From the NCBI GenBank assembly GCA_963714015.1, contig OY970223.1:2432001-2496000 (forward strand): a stretch of 64,000 nt of DNA, written 5' to 3'. How positions within the stretch are numbered: the stretch's first letter is position 1; each line of letters begins with the position of its first letter. The notes under the pieces are model-generated. The model was not told the DNA's origin and made no database searches. It saw only the letters and a program-made list of their open reading frames with translations. This stretch comes from Vulcanimicrobiota bacterium. GTDB taxonomy: Bacteria; Vulcanimicrobiota; Vulcanimicrobiia; Vulcanimicrobiales; Vulcanimicrobiaceae. The position numbers and the translations under genes are program-made. This document shows positions 1 through 10,619 of this stretch, one piece after another.

Positions 1-486
1 CGCAAAGCCGTTGCCGAAGCGCAGCGCCTGCCCCGCTGTTATATCGACGGCATCGCTGGTCTCCGGATGCTCGGCATCCAGTCCGGTGTAGACCTGATCT
101 GCTTCGGAGGGAACGAGATCGTACTCTCGCACCGGATTGCTGCGCTGCAGCACATACGTTCGCGCGAGAATTGCTTGAGCTTGCAGCGCAGCCGCAGGCC
201 AGGAGTGCGGCATCTCGCGCGGCACGACGCTGTAGAGATACTGCTCGAGCGGGACGAGATTGACGATCTGCCCATCCGAGGTGCTCGAATAACTTCCGCG
301 GTAACGCCGCCCTTCGAATAGGATTGTCGAAGCGTCCAAGGTCCGAGCGCTGCCCCTTCCCAGAAGGACGCGCAGCGACTGCGCCTGCGAGACGGTCGCG
401 GGATCGTCCTGATCGGGCGCGTTTCGCAGTCCGTGCGGCACAATTCCGGCCGCAGCAATCGCTCTTACGAATTCGCTGCGGTTCAC
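1..486 (-). CDS. SpoIID/LytB domain protein (3' end runs off the window; not in the ORF track)
   Basis: Manual translation from GTG at 486 (GTGA overlap with ruvB stop): [14 protein letters not shown]...YRG...[38 protein letters not shown]...[14 protein letters not shown], the SpoIID signature; ruvB-spoIID adjacency is common. Confidence 0.85.
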   Translation of the reverse strand, partial: MNRSEFVRAIAAAGIVPHGLRNAPDQDDPATVSQAQSLRVLLGRGSARTLDASTILFEGRRYRGSYSSTSDGQIVNLVPLEQYLYSVVPREMPHSWPAAALQAQAILARTYVLQRSNPVREYDLVPSEADQVYTGLDAEHPETSDAVDITAGQALRFGNGFA

Positions 487-1572
487 AGCAGCCGTTCCTG
501 TGCGGGCGGCGGTGCCGCGGTTGCTTTCAAATGACTATATGCACGCGGTGTCGCTTTTCGTCCGCTCGCCGTTCGAACGACGAAGCCTTGCTTGAGCAGA
601 TACGGCTCCACGACGTCTTCCAGCGTCTCCCCGTCTTCCGTCAACGTTGCCGCAATCGCGCCTATTCCGACCGGGCCGCCGCGGTATTGCTCGACGATCG
701 TGCGCAAAAACGCGCGATCGAGCCGGTCCAGTCCGAGTTCGTCCACGCCCTTCGCGACGCAGTGCCTCGTCCGCAACTTCGCGCGTGATCCGCCCCTCCG
801 CGCGCACCTCTGCAAAGTCGCGCACCCGGCGGAGCAGCCTATTGGCGATTCGCGGCGTTCCGCGGCTGCGCGCAGCGATGGTGTGCGCGCCTTCCGCTTC
901 AATCGGAACGTTCAGCACGCTGCACGAGCGGCCGACGATCTGCTCCAATTCTTCCACGCTGTAGTAGTCCAAGTGATGCATGATTCCGAAGCGCTCGCGC
1001 AGCGGCGCGGAAAGCATTCCCGCGCGCGTCGTGGCGCCTACGAGCGTGAAACGTTTCAGCGGCAACTTGATCGTCTTCGCGTAAGCGCCCCGGTCGACGA
1101 CGAAGTCGATCTGAAAATCCTCCATCGCGGGATAGAGGAACTCTTCGACCACGCGGCCCAAGCGGTGAATCTCATCGATGAAGAGTACGTCGCCCTCTTC
1201 CAGAGACGTGAGGATTCCGACGAGATCTTTGGGTTTCTCCAGCGTCGGGCCGCTCGTCGGGCGAAGCGCTCTGCCCATGTCGCGCGCGATCAGCGCTGCG
1301 AGCGTCGTCTTGCCCAAGCCCGGCGGCCCGTAAAATAGCACGTGTTCGAGCGGTTCGTCCCGTCTGCGCGCCGCGTCGATGGCAATCTTCAGATTCTCGA
1401 CGACGGTCGTTTGACCGACGTATTCGTCGAACGAACGGGGACGCAGGCTTGCGCCGTAGACTTCGTCTTCCAGCGTGTCGTCGGGAGAGACCAAACCGCG
1501 CAGCGCGCTCTCGGAATCGAACGGCTGCACATCCTCGGGCCCGAGCAGGCGCCGCCGCGCGTCGTCGCTCAT
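483..1572 (-). CDS. ruvB: Holliday junction branch migration helicase RuvB (frameshift near 755)
   Basis: [43 protein letters not shown]-terminus GVDELGLD...GGPVG...EPYL in ORF 483..902. Confidence 0.97.
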
Positions 1573-2192
1573 TTTGCCGCGAGAGCCTTCTGCCGGTAAA
1601 TCTCGGCGAGCAACGTTTCGGAATCGTCGATTCGCGGCGCCGCCTCGAGCGTAGCGCGAATCATCTGCTCCGCTTCAGGCCGTTTGTATTCGAGCTGGAG
1701 CAGTACCGCGAGCGCTTCGTCCGCAAAATCGGGCATCTGCGCCTGCGGCGCCGGCTGCGCCTCTTGAATCAGTAAGAACTTAGCCACTTTTCCCTGGAGC
1801 TTCGCCACGATGTCCCGGGCTTTCTGCTGGCCGATACCCGGAAGACTCTTCAAGTACGTATGGTCGCCCCGGTCGATTGCGCCCGCGATGTGAGACATCG
1901 GACGCGAAAACGCGCGCGCCGCCGAACGAGGACCGATGCTGGCGACGCTTATCAGGGCCTCGAAAAACTCGCGCTCGATGGGATTGCCGAAACCGTAGAA
2001 CGTGTAGTGACCGGCGTTTCCTTCGATATTGAGCACCGCGTAGATCTCGAGCGCCACTTCGGTGCCGATTTGCGCATCGATCTTCTCGGCGACGCATGCA
2101 GGCAGAAATATTTCGTACGCGAGTCCTTGTACGTCGAGGACGACGCTGCAGTCGCCGCGTTCGACCAATTTGCCGCGGATTCGCGAGAACAT
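1569..2192 (-). CDS. ruvA: Holliday junction branch migration protein RuvA
   Basis: OB-fold N-terminus, YGF..ERE.F..LISV..IGP, LPGIG HhH motifs; between ruvC and ruvB. Confidence 0.95.
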   Translation of the reverse strand: MFSRIRGKLVERGDCSVVLDVQGLAYEIFLPACVAEKIDAQIGTEVALEIYAVLNIEGNAGHYTFYGFGNPIEREFFEALISVASIGPRSAARAFSRPMSHIAGAIDRGDHTYLKSLPGIGQQKARDIVAKLQGKVAKFLLIQEAQPAPQAQMPDFADEALAVLLQLEYKRPEAEQMIRATLEAAPRIDDSETLLAEIYRQKALAAK

Positions 2193-2695
2193 CAGCGGCC
2201 GTTCCGGCTTGCGTACGCGAGCGCCAGCGCCAGCGCGTCGGAGACGTCGTTGGGCTGCGGGCGTTTGCGAAGACCCAGCAGCTGCGTCACCATGCGATTG
2301 ACCTGTTCTTTTCGCGCCGCGCCGGACCCGACGAGCGCGCGCTTCACCAGCGAATGTGCCAGTGTATGAACGGCAACGCCGTGCTGCGCGCCGGCTAAAC
2401 AGAGAACGCCGCGCGCGTGCCCCATCATAATTGCGGTGCGCGGGTTCTTGTACGTCGTGTAGAGTTCTTCCACGACCATGATCGCGGGACGGTGTGCCGT
2501 CACGACCGCCGTCAGGCCCGAATGGAGTTCGCGCAGCCGTTCTTCCAGCGTCCCGCGGGTGCGCGGAGCAATGATTCCCGCTTCAACGAGCCGCGCTCGA
2601 CCCGCCTGGAGTTCGACGACGCCGTAACCGGTGACGCGTAGGCCGGGATCGACTCCAAGGATTCTGCCGTTTTGTGCTTTTCCGTTCGCCGTCAC
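2192..2695 (-). CDS. ruvC: Crossover junction endodeoxyribonuclease RuvC
   Basis: ILGVDPGLRVTGYGVV, VEE, G.G.A.KEQV, D.SDALA. Confidence 0.96.
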   Translation of the reverse strand: MTANGKAQNGRILGVDPGLRVTGYGVVELQAGRARLVEAGIIAPRTRGTLEERLRELHSGLTAVVTAHRPAIMVVEELYTTYKNPRTAIMMGHARGVLCLAGAQHGVAVHTLAHSLVKRALVGSGAARKEQVNRMVTQLLGLRKRPQPNDVSDALALALAYASRNGR

Positions 2696-4761
2696 GGTTG
2701 CGCCGGCTGCGAGCTCGGACTGTTGTAGTAAATGTTGACCGGCGTTCCGAGCCGCGCTTCGGTTCCGACGTCCGGTTCCGTGCGAACGACGTTGCCGTCC
2801 GCGCCTTCGGCCGTCGGCACGAGATTGCCGATGGTGTAGCCGTGATTCAGCAGCACCTTCTTCGCGTCGTCGATCGACAGGCCGTTCGTATCGGGAATGG
2901 CGTTGTAGACGGAGTAGACGAGCTTGACGGTCGCGCCTTTTTCGGCCGGCGTATCGGCCGGAGGCGATTCGCTGATCACTTGCCCGCTGTCATTCGCCGA
3001 CGCTTGCGGATTGACGGCATACTCGGTATCGACGGTAAAACCGGCCTGCTGCAGCGCTTGCGTAGCCGTTACGAAATCGTCGCCGATGATATTCGGTACT
3101 TGTGCCAAGCCGCCGCCTGCACTGACCACCACGTTGACGACCCCCGATGCGGGAATGGTCCGGCCGGGCTGCGGATCTTGGGTCGCGATAACGTCCGGCG
3201 GAACGTTGCTCATGGTCGCCTTGGTTTGCGCAATCGTGAACCCTTCGCGACCGGCAATCGCCGTGGCGTCCTCCAGGGTCTTGCCGACAAGATTCGGGAC
3301 TTGAATCGGCGCCGGCCCGTTAGAGACAACGAGCGTGACGCTCGATCCTTCCCGTACTTTGGAGCCGGGAGCGGGCGACTCGCTCACCACGGTGTCTTTG
3401 GGCGATCGATCGTACCTGCGCGTTACCTTGACCTGCAGGTGCTGAGCGCTCAGATCTCGCTGCGCATCCCCCAGCGTGTAGCTGGTAAAATCGTTGAGCT
3501 CGAGGCTCGGCAATCCGGTGCTTACGTCGAGTACGACCGTGCCGCCCTTTTCGAGCCGGCTGCCGGGAGGCGGATTCTGTTGCGCGACGCGATTGTCGGG
3601 CACGGTCGAACTGGCGCCGCGGACGATTTTGTAGTTCAGTCCGGCGTTCACTATTGTTTCCTGCGCCTGTGCGTCGGTCATACCTACGTAATTGTCCAAG
3701 GTGATCCGAGGCTGTGAAGGCGGCCGCGTCGCAAAGTACCCCGCCGCCGCCGCAATGATCGCGGCGATCACCAGCAGCACGAAGATCGGTCCCATCGATC
3801 GCTGCGGCCGCTCTTCTTCGTCGACGATCGCCGTGGGGGTATCCGGCATGCGCGAGGGACGGGGCGGCGGAGCCGGTATTGCCTGCATCGTCTGCGTCGC
3901 CGAATCGTCTTGTTGCGCGTAAGCCGCCACGGTCGGGCGCTCGCGCGCTTCGCGCAGCGCCGAAGCCACTTCACTGGCCGAGTGAAACCGATGTTCCGGC
4001 TGCTTTTGCAGTAGACGGTTCACGATTGCGGCAAGCGCCGGACTCACGCCGCTCTCGGCCGGATCCATCACGGGAACCGGATCGGAGACGTGCTTGAGCG
4101 CGACGGTTACGGGCGACTCTCCGGTGTACGGCAACCTTCCGGCCAGCATTTGGTACAGCACGACGCCGATGCTGTACAGATCGGACGTTTCGTGAAGTTC
4201 CAGGCCCTGCGCTTGCTCGGGCGAGAGGTAGTAGACGCTGCCCATTACAAGACCCGGGCGCGTCATCGCCATCGTCTGCTGCGACATCGCCCGCGCGATG
4301 CCGAAATCGGAGAGCTTGACTACGTCGTCCTTGGTTATCAGAATGTTGGCCGGCTTGATATCGCGGTGCAGCAGTCCTTGCCGGTGCGCGTACGCCAAAC
4401 CGTTGCAGATTTGCGCGGCGTAGTCGATCGCTACCGGTTCGGGGAGCTTGCCGTCTGCGGCGATGATCTCGGCGAGCGATGGGCCGTCCACCAGTTCCAT
4501 GACGATGTAGTACGTTTCACCCTCCCGTCCCACGTCGTACGTGTTGACGATGTTGGGATGGGAGAGCCGGGCGGCGGACTCCGCTTCCTGATAGAAGCGC
4601 CGAACGAACTCTTCGTCCGAGGCGTATTGCGCGCGCAGCACCTTGATCGCGACGCGCCGGCGCAGCAGCGTATCGGTTCCGCAATACACCGTCGCCATAC
4701 CGCCCTCGCCAAGCTTGTTATCGAGCCGGTAGCGGTTGTTGAAAATATGCTGCTCGATCAT
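2692..4761 (-). CDS. pknB: Stk1/PknB family Ser/Thr kinase with TM helix and about 5 PASTA repeats
   Basis: GEGGMATVY, VAIK, HRDIKPAN, DFGIA, YLSPEQ; TM IFVLLVIAAIIAAAAGYF; repeated VPNLVG-type PASTA units. Confidence 0.95.
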   Translation of the reverse strand: MIEQHIFNNRYRLDNKLGEGGMATVYCGTDTLLRRRVAIKVLRAQYASDEEFVRRFYQEAESAARLSHPNIVNTYDVGREGETYYIVMELVDGPSLAEIIAADGKLPEPVAIDYAAQICNGLAYAHRQGLLHRDIKPANILITKDDVVKLSDFGIARAMSQQTMAMTRPGLVMGSVYYLSPEQAQGLELHETSDLYSIGVVLYQMLAGRLPYTGESPVTVALKHVSDPVPVMDPAESGVSPALAAIVNRLLQKQPEHRFHSASEVASALREARERPTVAAYAQQDDSATQTMQAIPAPPPRPSRMPDTPTAIVDEEERPQRSMGPIFVLLVIAAIIAAAAGYFATRPPSQPRITLDNYVGMTDAQAQETIVNAGLNYKIVRGASSTVPDNRVAQQNPPPGSRLEKGGTVVLDVSTGLPSLELNDFTSYTLGDAQRDLSAQHLQVKVTRRYDRSPKDTVVSESPAPGSKVREGSSVTLVVSNGPAPIQVPNLVGKTLEDATAIAGREGFTIAQTKATMSNVPPDVIATQDPQPGRTIPASGVVNVVVSAGGGLAQVPNIIGDDFVTATQALQQAGFTVDTEYAVNPQASANDSGQVISESPPADTPAEKGATVKLVYSVYNAIPDTNGLSIDDAKKVLLNHGYTIGNLVPTAEGADGNVVRTEPDVGTEARLGTPVNIYYNSPSSQPAQP

Positions 4762-5143
4762 TTGAAAAGGCGCTCCGGCCTAGCCTGCGCGCCCCCCAAC
4801 TGCGTTGGGGCCCCCACGACTTCATGGCGCGTAATGCCGGTCGCAAACGATCGCCTCCCCGAGGGCGCCGCCAAAATTTCGGTCATCCGTTTGAAAAGGC
4901 GCTCCGGCCTAGCCTGCGCGCCCCCCAACTGCGTTGGGGCCCCCACGACTTCATGGCGCGTAATGCCGGTCGCAAACGATCGCCTCCCCGAGGGCGCCGC
5001 CAAAATTTCGTCATCCTTTTGAAAAGGCGCTCCGGCCTAGCCTGCGCGCCCCCCAACTGCGTTGGGGCCCCCACGACCTCATGGCGCGTAATGCCGGTCG
5101 CAAACGATCGCCTCCCCGAGGGCGCCGCCAAAATTTCGCTCAT
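4758..5143 (-). CDS. Putative repeat-encoded protein, 3 x 43 aa (one 1-bp indel near 5010)
   Basis: ATG 5143 overlaps the PBP stop (ATGA) and TGA 4758 overlaps the pknB ATG (ATGA); unit M[ST]EILAAPSGRRSFATGITRHEVVGAPTQLGGAQARPERLFKR. Confidence 0.45.
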
Positions 5144-5146
5144 CCT
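4761..5146. repeat. Tandem repeat, 3 copies of about 129 bp, with internal hairpins
   Basis: Units starting tttgaaaaggcgctccggcc at 4761, 4890 and 5018; hairpin ccccaac-tgc-gttgggg; junction palindrome cctttt-g-aaaagg. Confidence 0.97.
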
Positions 5147-6546
5147 TTTACGTCTTCCAAGGCCGTCCTTAGCACGTCTTTGGCGATCGGAAGGGCAACG
5201 GCGGCGCCGTAACCGGCGTTTTCGACGACGACCGCAACCGCGACCCGAGGATGCTCCGCGGGCGCAAAGCAAACGAACCAGGAATGGGCGGCGCCAAGCG
5301 GATTGGTAGCCGTTCCCGTTTTTCCCGCCACCGTTATGCCGGGCAATCGCGCGCCCGTTCCGGTGCCGTATTGCACCACTGCAATCATCATCTTCTTCAC
5401 GTTCTCGGCCGTATCCGCCGACGCGGGATTCGCAAGCTCGCTTGCCCCGTAGCTGCTGGAAGCGCCGCCCGGCCAAACCACTTTGCGAACTACGTACGGA
5501 CGCGGCTCGGTTCCGTCATCGGCGATAGTCGAGGCGATCAGCGCCATCTGCAGCGGGGTCATCAAGAGCGCCCCTTGTCCAAAACCCATTTGGGCAAGCT
5601 CGCCCGGTACGATAGAAGATTGGGCAGGGACACGATCCCGTGAGGCAGGCAACTGGAAATCGAGGGATTGACCGATGCCCCAGCGATCCATGTACCGGTA
5701 AAACGTGTCCGTGCCCATCTTCAGCGCGATCTGTCCGAAATCGACATTGCTCGAGAGGGCAAAAGCCCCCGTAATATCCTGCGTTCCGGTCGCCTCGCTC
5801 TCGTCATCGTGCAGCGTAAAGTCCCCGATGACGTAATACCCGGGGTCGTACCACGTAGAATCCATGCTGACCGCGCCCGAGTCGAGCGCCGCCGTTGCCG
5901 TGAAGATCTTGAACGTCGATCCGGGCGGATAGAGTCCGTTGATGCTGCGGTTGAGCAGCGGACTGCTTTGATTTTGCGTGAGCGAGGGAAACTCCGCGAC
6001 CAGATCGTTGGGGTCGAAGCTCGGCACACTGGCCATGGCCAGGACTTCGCCGCTGCGCGGATCCAGCACGACGCCGGCGCCGCGCGCGTGCTCCGACAGA
6101 TCGGAGAACAGCTCGTTTTGAATTGCCGGGTCGATGGTCGTTACCACGTCGGCGCCTTGCGCGACGGAGCTTTTCCCCGAAAATGCCTCCACTATCTGAC
6201 TGAGCTGCGCGATCAGGCTGCCGGTTGTGTCCGGCGGCGTGAGCGCACTGTCATAAGCGTCTTCCAGGCCGCTCGTGCCGTAGCGCGCCGAAACGTAACC
6301 GACGGTTTGCGCGAGCGCCGGTCCGAGCGGGTACTCCCGTCGATCGCCGACCGTTTGCGCGAGAACCGTACCGTCACTTGCGAGAATTCGGCCGCGATGC
6401 GCGCTCATCAACGCGTGACGCGGATTATAGGGCTTGGCCGCAATGGATGGACCTTCGATCACCTGCACGTAAAACTGACGCACGCACAAAATCGCGAAGA
6501 GCACCGCAAAAAGGATCTTCAAATGTTCCGCGGTTCGGGAGCTCAT
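5140..6546 (-). CDS. Class B penicillin-binding protein (PbpA-like transpeptidase)
   Basis: RGRILASDG, PGSTFK (SxxK), SSN (SxN), KTGT; N-terminal TM helix. Confidence 0.93.
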   Translation of the reverse strand: MSSRTAEHLKILFAVLFAILCVRQFYVQVIEGPSIAAKPYNPRHALMSAHRGRILASDGTVLAQTVGDRREYPLGPALAQTVGYVSARYGTSGLEDAYDSALTPPDTTGSLIAQLSQIVEAFSGKSSVAQGADVVTTIDPAIQNELFSDLSEHARGAGVVLDPRSGEVLAMASVPSFDPNDLVAEFPSLTQNQSSPLLNRSINGLYPPGSTFKIFTATAALDSGAVSMDSTWYDPGYYVIGDFTLHDDESEATGTQDITGAFALSSNVDFGQIALKMGTDTFYRYMDRWGIGQSLDFQLPASRDRVPAQSSIVPGELAQMGFGQGALLMTPLQMALIASTIADDGTEPRPYVVRKVVWPGGASSSYGASELANPASADTAENVKKMMIAVVQYGTGTGARLPGITVAGKTGTATNPLGAAHSWFVCFAPAEHPRVAVAVVVENAGYGAAVALPIAKDVLRTALEDVKG

Positions 6547-7271
6547 TTTTCACGCAGGAGCGTGTAACCATCGGCGGTCTTGACCGCAAGGTACGCTCGT
6601 TCGGGCTCGGCGCGCAATATGACGTTGAGCGCATCTCGCGCGACGTCTTCCTTGACGCCGCCGATAACGAGAACCGCGTCCACGCCGGCTTCGTCTAAAA
6701 GAGGCAACGCGACGTACGCAGCCGCCGGGAGTGTATCAAAGTGCCGGTCCTCATACGGTCCGGCGTGCCAGGGCCCCCGCTTGCCGAAGACTTGCTTGTG
6801 ATAATCCCACGCGCACAGCTGACGCTCTTTCCACACGAAGTGATCGCGAACGCAAAGCCGGCGGCACGCACCGCACTGCACGAGAACCTCCGGCGGGTGC
6901 GCGAGCGCCTCGGCGATCTCTTCGGGCAAATCTTCGACGTTCAGTACGCTTGCGTCGTCTAAACTCTCAGGCGGCTCGACGTGCCAGTTGATTCGCGCAA
7001 GCAACTCGACGTCGCGGGCGGGCGCAACGAAGGCCCGCTCGTCGTCGAACGGAAACGTCGCGTCGATCCATTCCAGCAAGTTTGCAAGCGCGACGGTTAC
7101 GTTTTGCCGGCCGCTTCCGGCGACCGTTCCGATCGGCGTCTGAGCGAGCGGAACCAGGTGCGCCGTTACGCTTTCGGCGTCGGAGCGAAGGCTCGTGATG
7201 AAGGCTAGCGTGCTGGCGTTGCCGCCCAAAACGAAAGCGCGCGGAGCGCCTAAGTCCTGGCTTGCGCGCAT
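6543..7271 (-). CDS. Hypothetical protein with Cys/His cluster (possible Zn-binding)
   Basis: Probable start ATG 7271 (MRASQDLG); CGACRRLC...CAWDYH; stop overlaps the PBP ATG. Confidence 0.7.
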   Translation of the reverse strand: MRASQDLGAPRAFVLGGNASTLAFITSLRSDAESVTAHLVPLAQTPIGTVAGSGRQNVTVALANLLEWIDATFPFDDERAFVAPARDVELLARINWHVEPPESLDDASVLNVEDLPEEIAEALAHPPEVLVQCGACRRLCVRDHFVWKERQLCAWDYHKQVFGKRGPWHAGPYEDRHFDTLPAAAYVALPLLDEAGVDAVLVIGGVKEDVARDALNVILRAEPERAYLAVKTADGYTLLREK

Positions 7272-10200
7272 CGGTACTCTTGCAGGGTCCGCGGAGGGCC
7301 GGCCTCCACTTCCAACGCTTCCGCCAGAGCGCGGGCGGTGTCCAGACTGGTCAAACACGCGATATTCGCTTCGACTGCCGCCCGCCGAATCTTGTAGTTG
7401 TCGGAGATCTCGCGCGGGCCTTGCGCGTCATTGACGACCAAGTCGACGGCGCGCTGCGCAATCAAATCGAGCACGTGCGGCGAACCGGCGGCGATTTTAT
7501 TGATGCGTTCGCACGGAATGCCCGCGGACCGCAGCACCTCCTGCGTACCGGACGTGGCTGTCAAGCGATGGCCGAGGCCGACGTAGCGGCGCAACACCGG
7601 GATCGCTGCCTGCTTCTCTTCATCTGCGATCGAAACCAGGATCCGGCCGCCGCTGCTGGGCAGCCGGACGCCGGCGCCGATGAAACCTTTGCGCAGAGCG
7701 CCGCCGAACGTTTCATCGATGCCGAGGACTTCGCCGGTGGACTTCATCTCGGGTCCCAAGATCGTTTCAACGCCGCGCATCTTCGCAAAAGAGAATACGG
7801 GGATCTTCACGACGACGAACGGCGCGCGCGGCGTAAGGCCCGTGCCGTACTGCATCTGAGCGAGTTTTTCACCGAGCGCAATGCGGGTGGCCGCGGCAAC
7901 CAGATTGACCCCCGTGGCTTTTTGAATGATCGGTACCGTGCGGCTCGCGCGCGGGTTTGCCTCGATGATGTAGAGCCGGCCTTCGTGGATCACAAATTGA
8001 ATGTTGATCAGGCCGCGAATGTTCAGCTCGCGCGCAATCGAAGTGGTGACCTCGACGATCCGCTGCTCCATCTCAGGCGCGACGGTCTGGGTCGGATAGA
8101 CGCTGATCGAGTCTCCCGAATGAATCCCCGCGCGCTCGATGTGCTCGAACACGCCGGGAATCAGAATATCGGTTCCGTCGAACGCCGCGTCGACTTCAAC
8201 TTCCAAACCCCGCAAATATTTGTCGACCAGCAGCGGCGCGTCCGGCAGAATCGGCGGGGCGGATTCGGCATACGAGGCCAGCTGGCCCTCGTTGTAAACG
8301 ATTTCCATGCCGCGACCGCCGAGAACGTATGACGGCCTAACCAGCACGGGGAACCCGAGCTCGCGCGCGATAACGCGCGCCTCACGAAACGATCGGGCTG
8401 CTTTTCCCTGTGGACGCGCAACTCCCAGCCGATGAAGCGCCGCGTCGAATTTTTCCCGGTCCTCCGCCATGTCGAGACTGCGCCGGTCGCTTCCGACGAT
8501 GCGCACGTCGCGCCGCGCAAGCTCGTCAGCCAGATTGATCGCGGTTTGGCCGCCGAACGCGAGCATCACGCCGCGCGCCTGCGTCGCCCGGTACGCCGCT
8601 TCCACTTCGTCTGCACCCGGGGGCTCGAAGACCAGCACGTCCGAAATATCGAAGTCCGTCGAGACCGTTTCAGGATTGTTATTGACGACGACCGGCGAGC
8701 AACCCGCCTCGCGAAGCGCCCAGGCGGCGTGCACGCACGAATAATCGAACTCGATGCCCTGGCCGATGCGGATGGGCCCGCTGCCCACGACGACGACGGC
8801 TTCCTTCGACGGCCGGCGCATCTCGTTGCTCTCGTTGCGCGCGATATAGTAGTAGGGCGATTTGGCTGGGAACTCGGCCGCAGCGGTGTCTACCATTCGA
8901 AACGCCACGCCGTTGTGCGCATGGGCGCGTCCCGCGACGCCGGCCGAATACCCGTTCTCTAGGGCTTGCAGCGTGTCGGCGTTCGAGGCGCCGGCGCGAA
9001 TGCGTTCTTCCAGGCTTACGAGTTCTTGAACTCGTAGAGCCAGAAAGGATCGATTGCCGAAAGCTCCACGATCCGCTGGATCGGAATGCCCCTGCGCAGC
9101 CCTTCCGCTACCGCAAAAAGCCGCTCGTGATTGGGTCTTGCAATGACGGCTTCCAATTCCGCGTCGCTCCACTCGGCAAGCGCGCTTCCCGTCAGCGTTT
9201 CGCGTTTGAGATCCAGGCCGCGTACCGCTTTCATCAACGCAGCGCCAAAGGTGCGGCCGATGCCCATGGCCTCGCCCGTAGACTTCATCTGCGTTCCGAG
9301 CGTGGTGTCGGCAAGCGGAAATTTGTCGAACGGCCATCGCGGAATCTTGACGACGACGTAGTCCAGCGTCGGTTCGTAGGCGGCTTTCGTCACGCCCGTA
9401 ACGGGATTCGGAATTTCGTCCAGCGTCTGCCCGAGTGCGATTCGCGTGCTGATTTTGGCGATCGGATAACCGGTGGCTTTGCTTGCCAGCGCGGAACTGC
9501 GAGAGACGCGGGGGTTCACTTCGATGATCCGGTATTCGCTTCGCTCCGGATGCAGCGCGAACTGGATGTTGCAGCCGCCTTCGACGCGCAGCGCGCGAAT
9601 AACGTTCAAACTCGAACTGCGCAGCATCTGGTATTCCAAATCCGAGAGCGTCTGCGATGGCGCTACGACGATCGAATCTCCGGTGTGAACGCCGACGGGA
9701 TCGATGTTCTCCATGTTGCAGACGATGATGCAGTTGTTCGCCGCATCGCGCAGCACTTCGTACTCGATCTCTTTCCAGCCTAAAAGGGAAGTTTCCAACA
9801 GGACTTGATGAATGAGACTCGCCGCGAGTCCCGTTTCCAGCGTTTGAAGCAGTTCCCGCTCGTCATAGACGATGCCGCCGCCTGTTCCACCTAAAGTGTA
9901 CGCGGGGCGGACGACGAGCGGATAGCCGTGATCGGCGGCAAAAGCCAGACCTTCGTCGCTTCGCGTAACGATTGCGCTTTGCGGAACCGGCTCGCCGATC
10001 TCGATCATCTTAGCCTTGAAGCGCTCGCGGTCTTCAGCGAGCTTGATCGTCTCGACCGGAGTCCCCAGCAGCTGCACGCCGTAACGCTCGAGGATGCCCG
10101 CCTCGTGCAACTCGACCGCTAAATTGAGTCCGGTCTGGCCGCCGAGCGTCGGCAGCAGCGCGTCGGGCCGCTCCCGCTCGATGATGCCCTCGAGCGAAGC

Positions 10201-10401
10201 CGTCGTCAGCGGCTCCAGATACACGGCCTCCGCGATCTCGGGATCCGTCATGATCGTCGCCGGGTTCGAGTTGACAAGGATGACGCGGTGACCTTCCTCC
10301 CGCAAGGCACGGCACGCTTGCACGCCGGCATAATCAAATTCTGCGGCTTGGCCTATGACGATGGGGCCCGAGCCGATGACCAGTACGTTGCGGGGGGGCA
10401 T
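7250..10401 (-). CDS. carB: Carbamoyl-phosphate synthase large subunit (frameshift near 9025)
   Basis: [33 protein letters not shown]; second half [24 protein letters not shown]-terminal MGS domain. Confidence 0.96.
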
Positions 10402-10447
10402 TCTAGGCCACGTACGTTCCCGGATTCGTCACCTGTAGCCTGTCGAA

Positions 10448-10614
10448 GACTGCCCGGCATCTAGCCCCGCGGCGGATGATGCCGGGTCACGGGGATATCC
10501 GATATTTTTCGCCCAGCCAGGATGGCTGTTTTACAACTCGTTCTGCGGAAAATGCAGTGAAGCAGCGATTTGACACGACGTCAAATCGCGAGCGGCCCTC
10601 GTGACCCGGCGGTC
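10448..10614 (+). ncRNA. Candidate structured non-coding RNA (identity unknown)
   Basis: Long-range stem 10481-10494/10597-10610, stem 10525-10534/10557-10566, perfect 10-bp hairpin 10565-10589; G-U pairs favour the + strand. Confidence 0.3.
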
Positions 10615-10619
10615 AACCG

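Noticed and set aside
1..486. SpoIID as evidence of sporulation
   Set aside because: SpoIID/LytB lytic transglycosylases occur in many non-sporulating bacteria.
4761..5146. Tandem repeat as a CRISPR array
   Set aside because: Units are contiguous ~129-bp copies with no unique spacers, and no cas genes are present.
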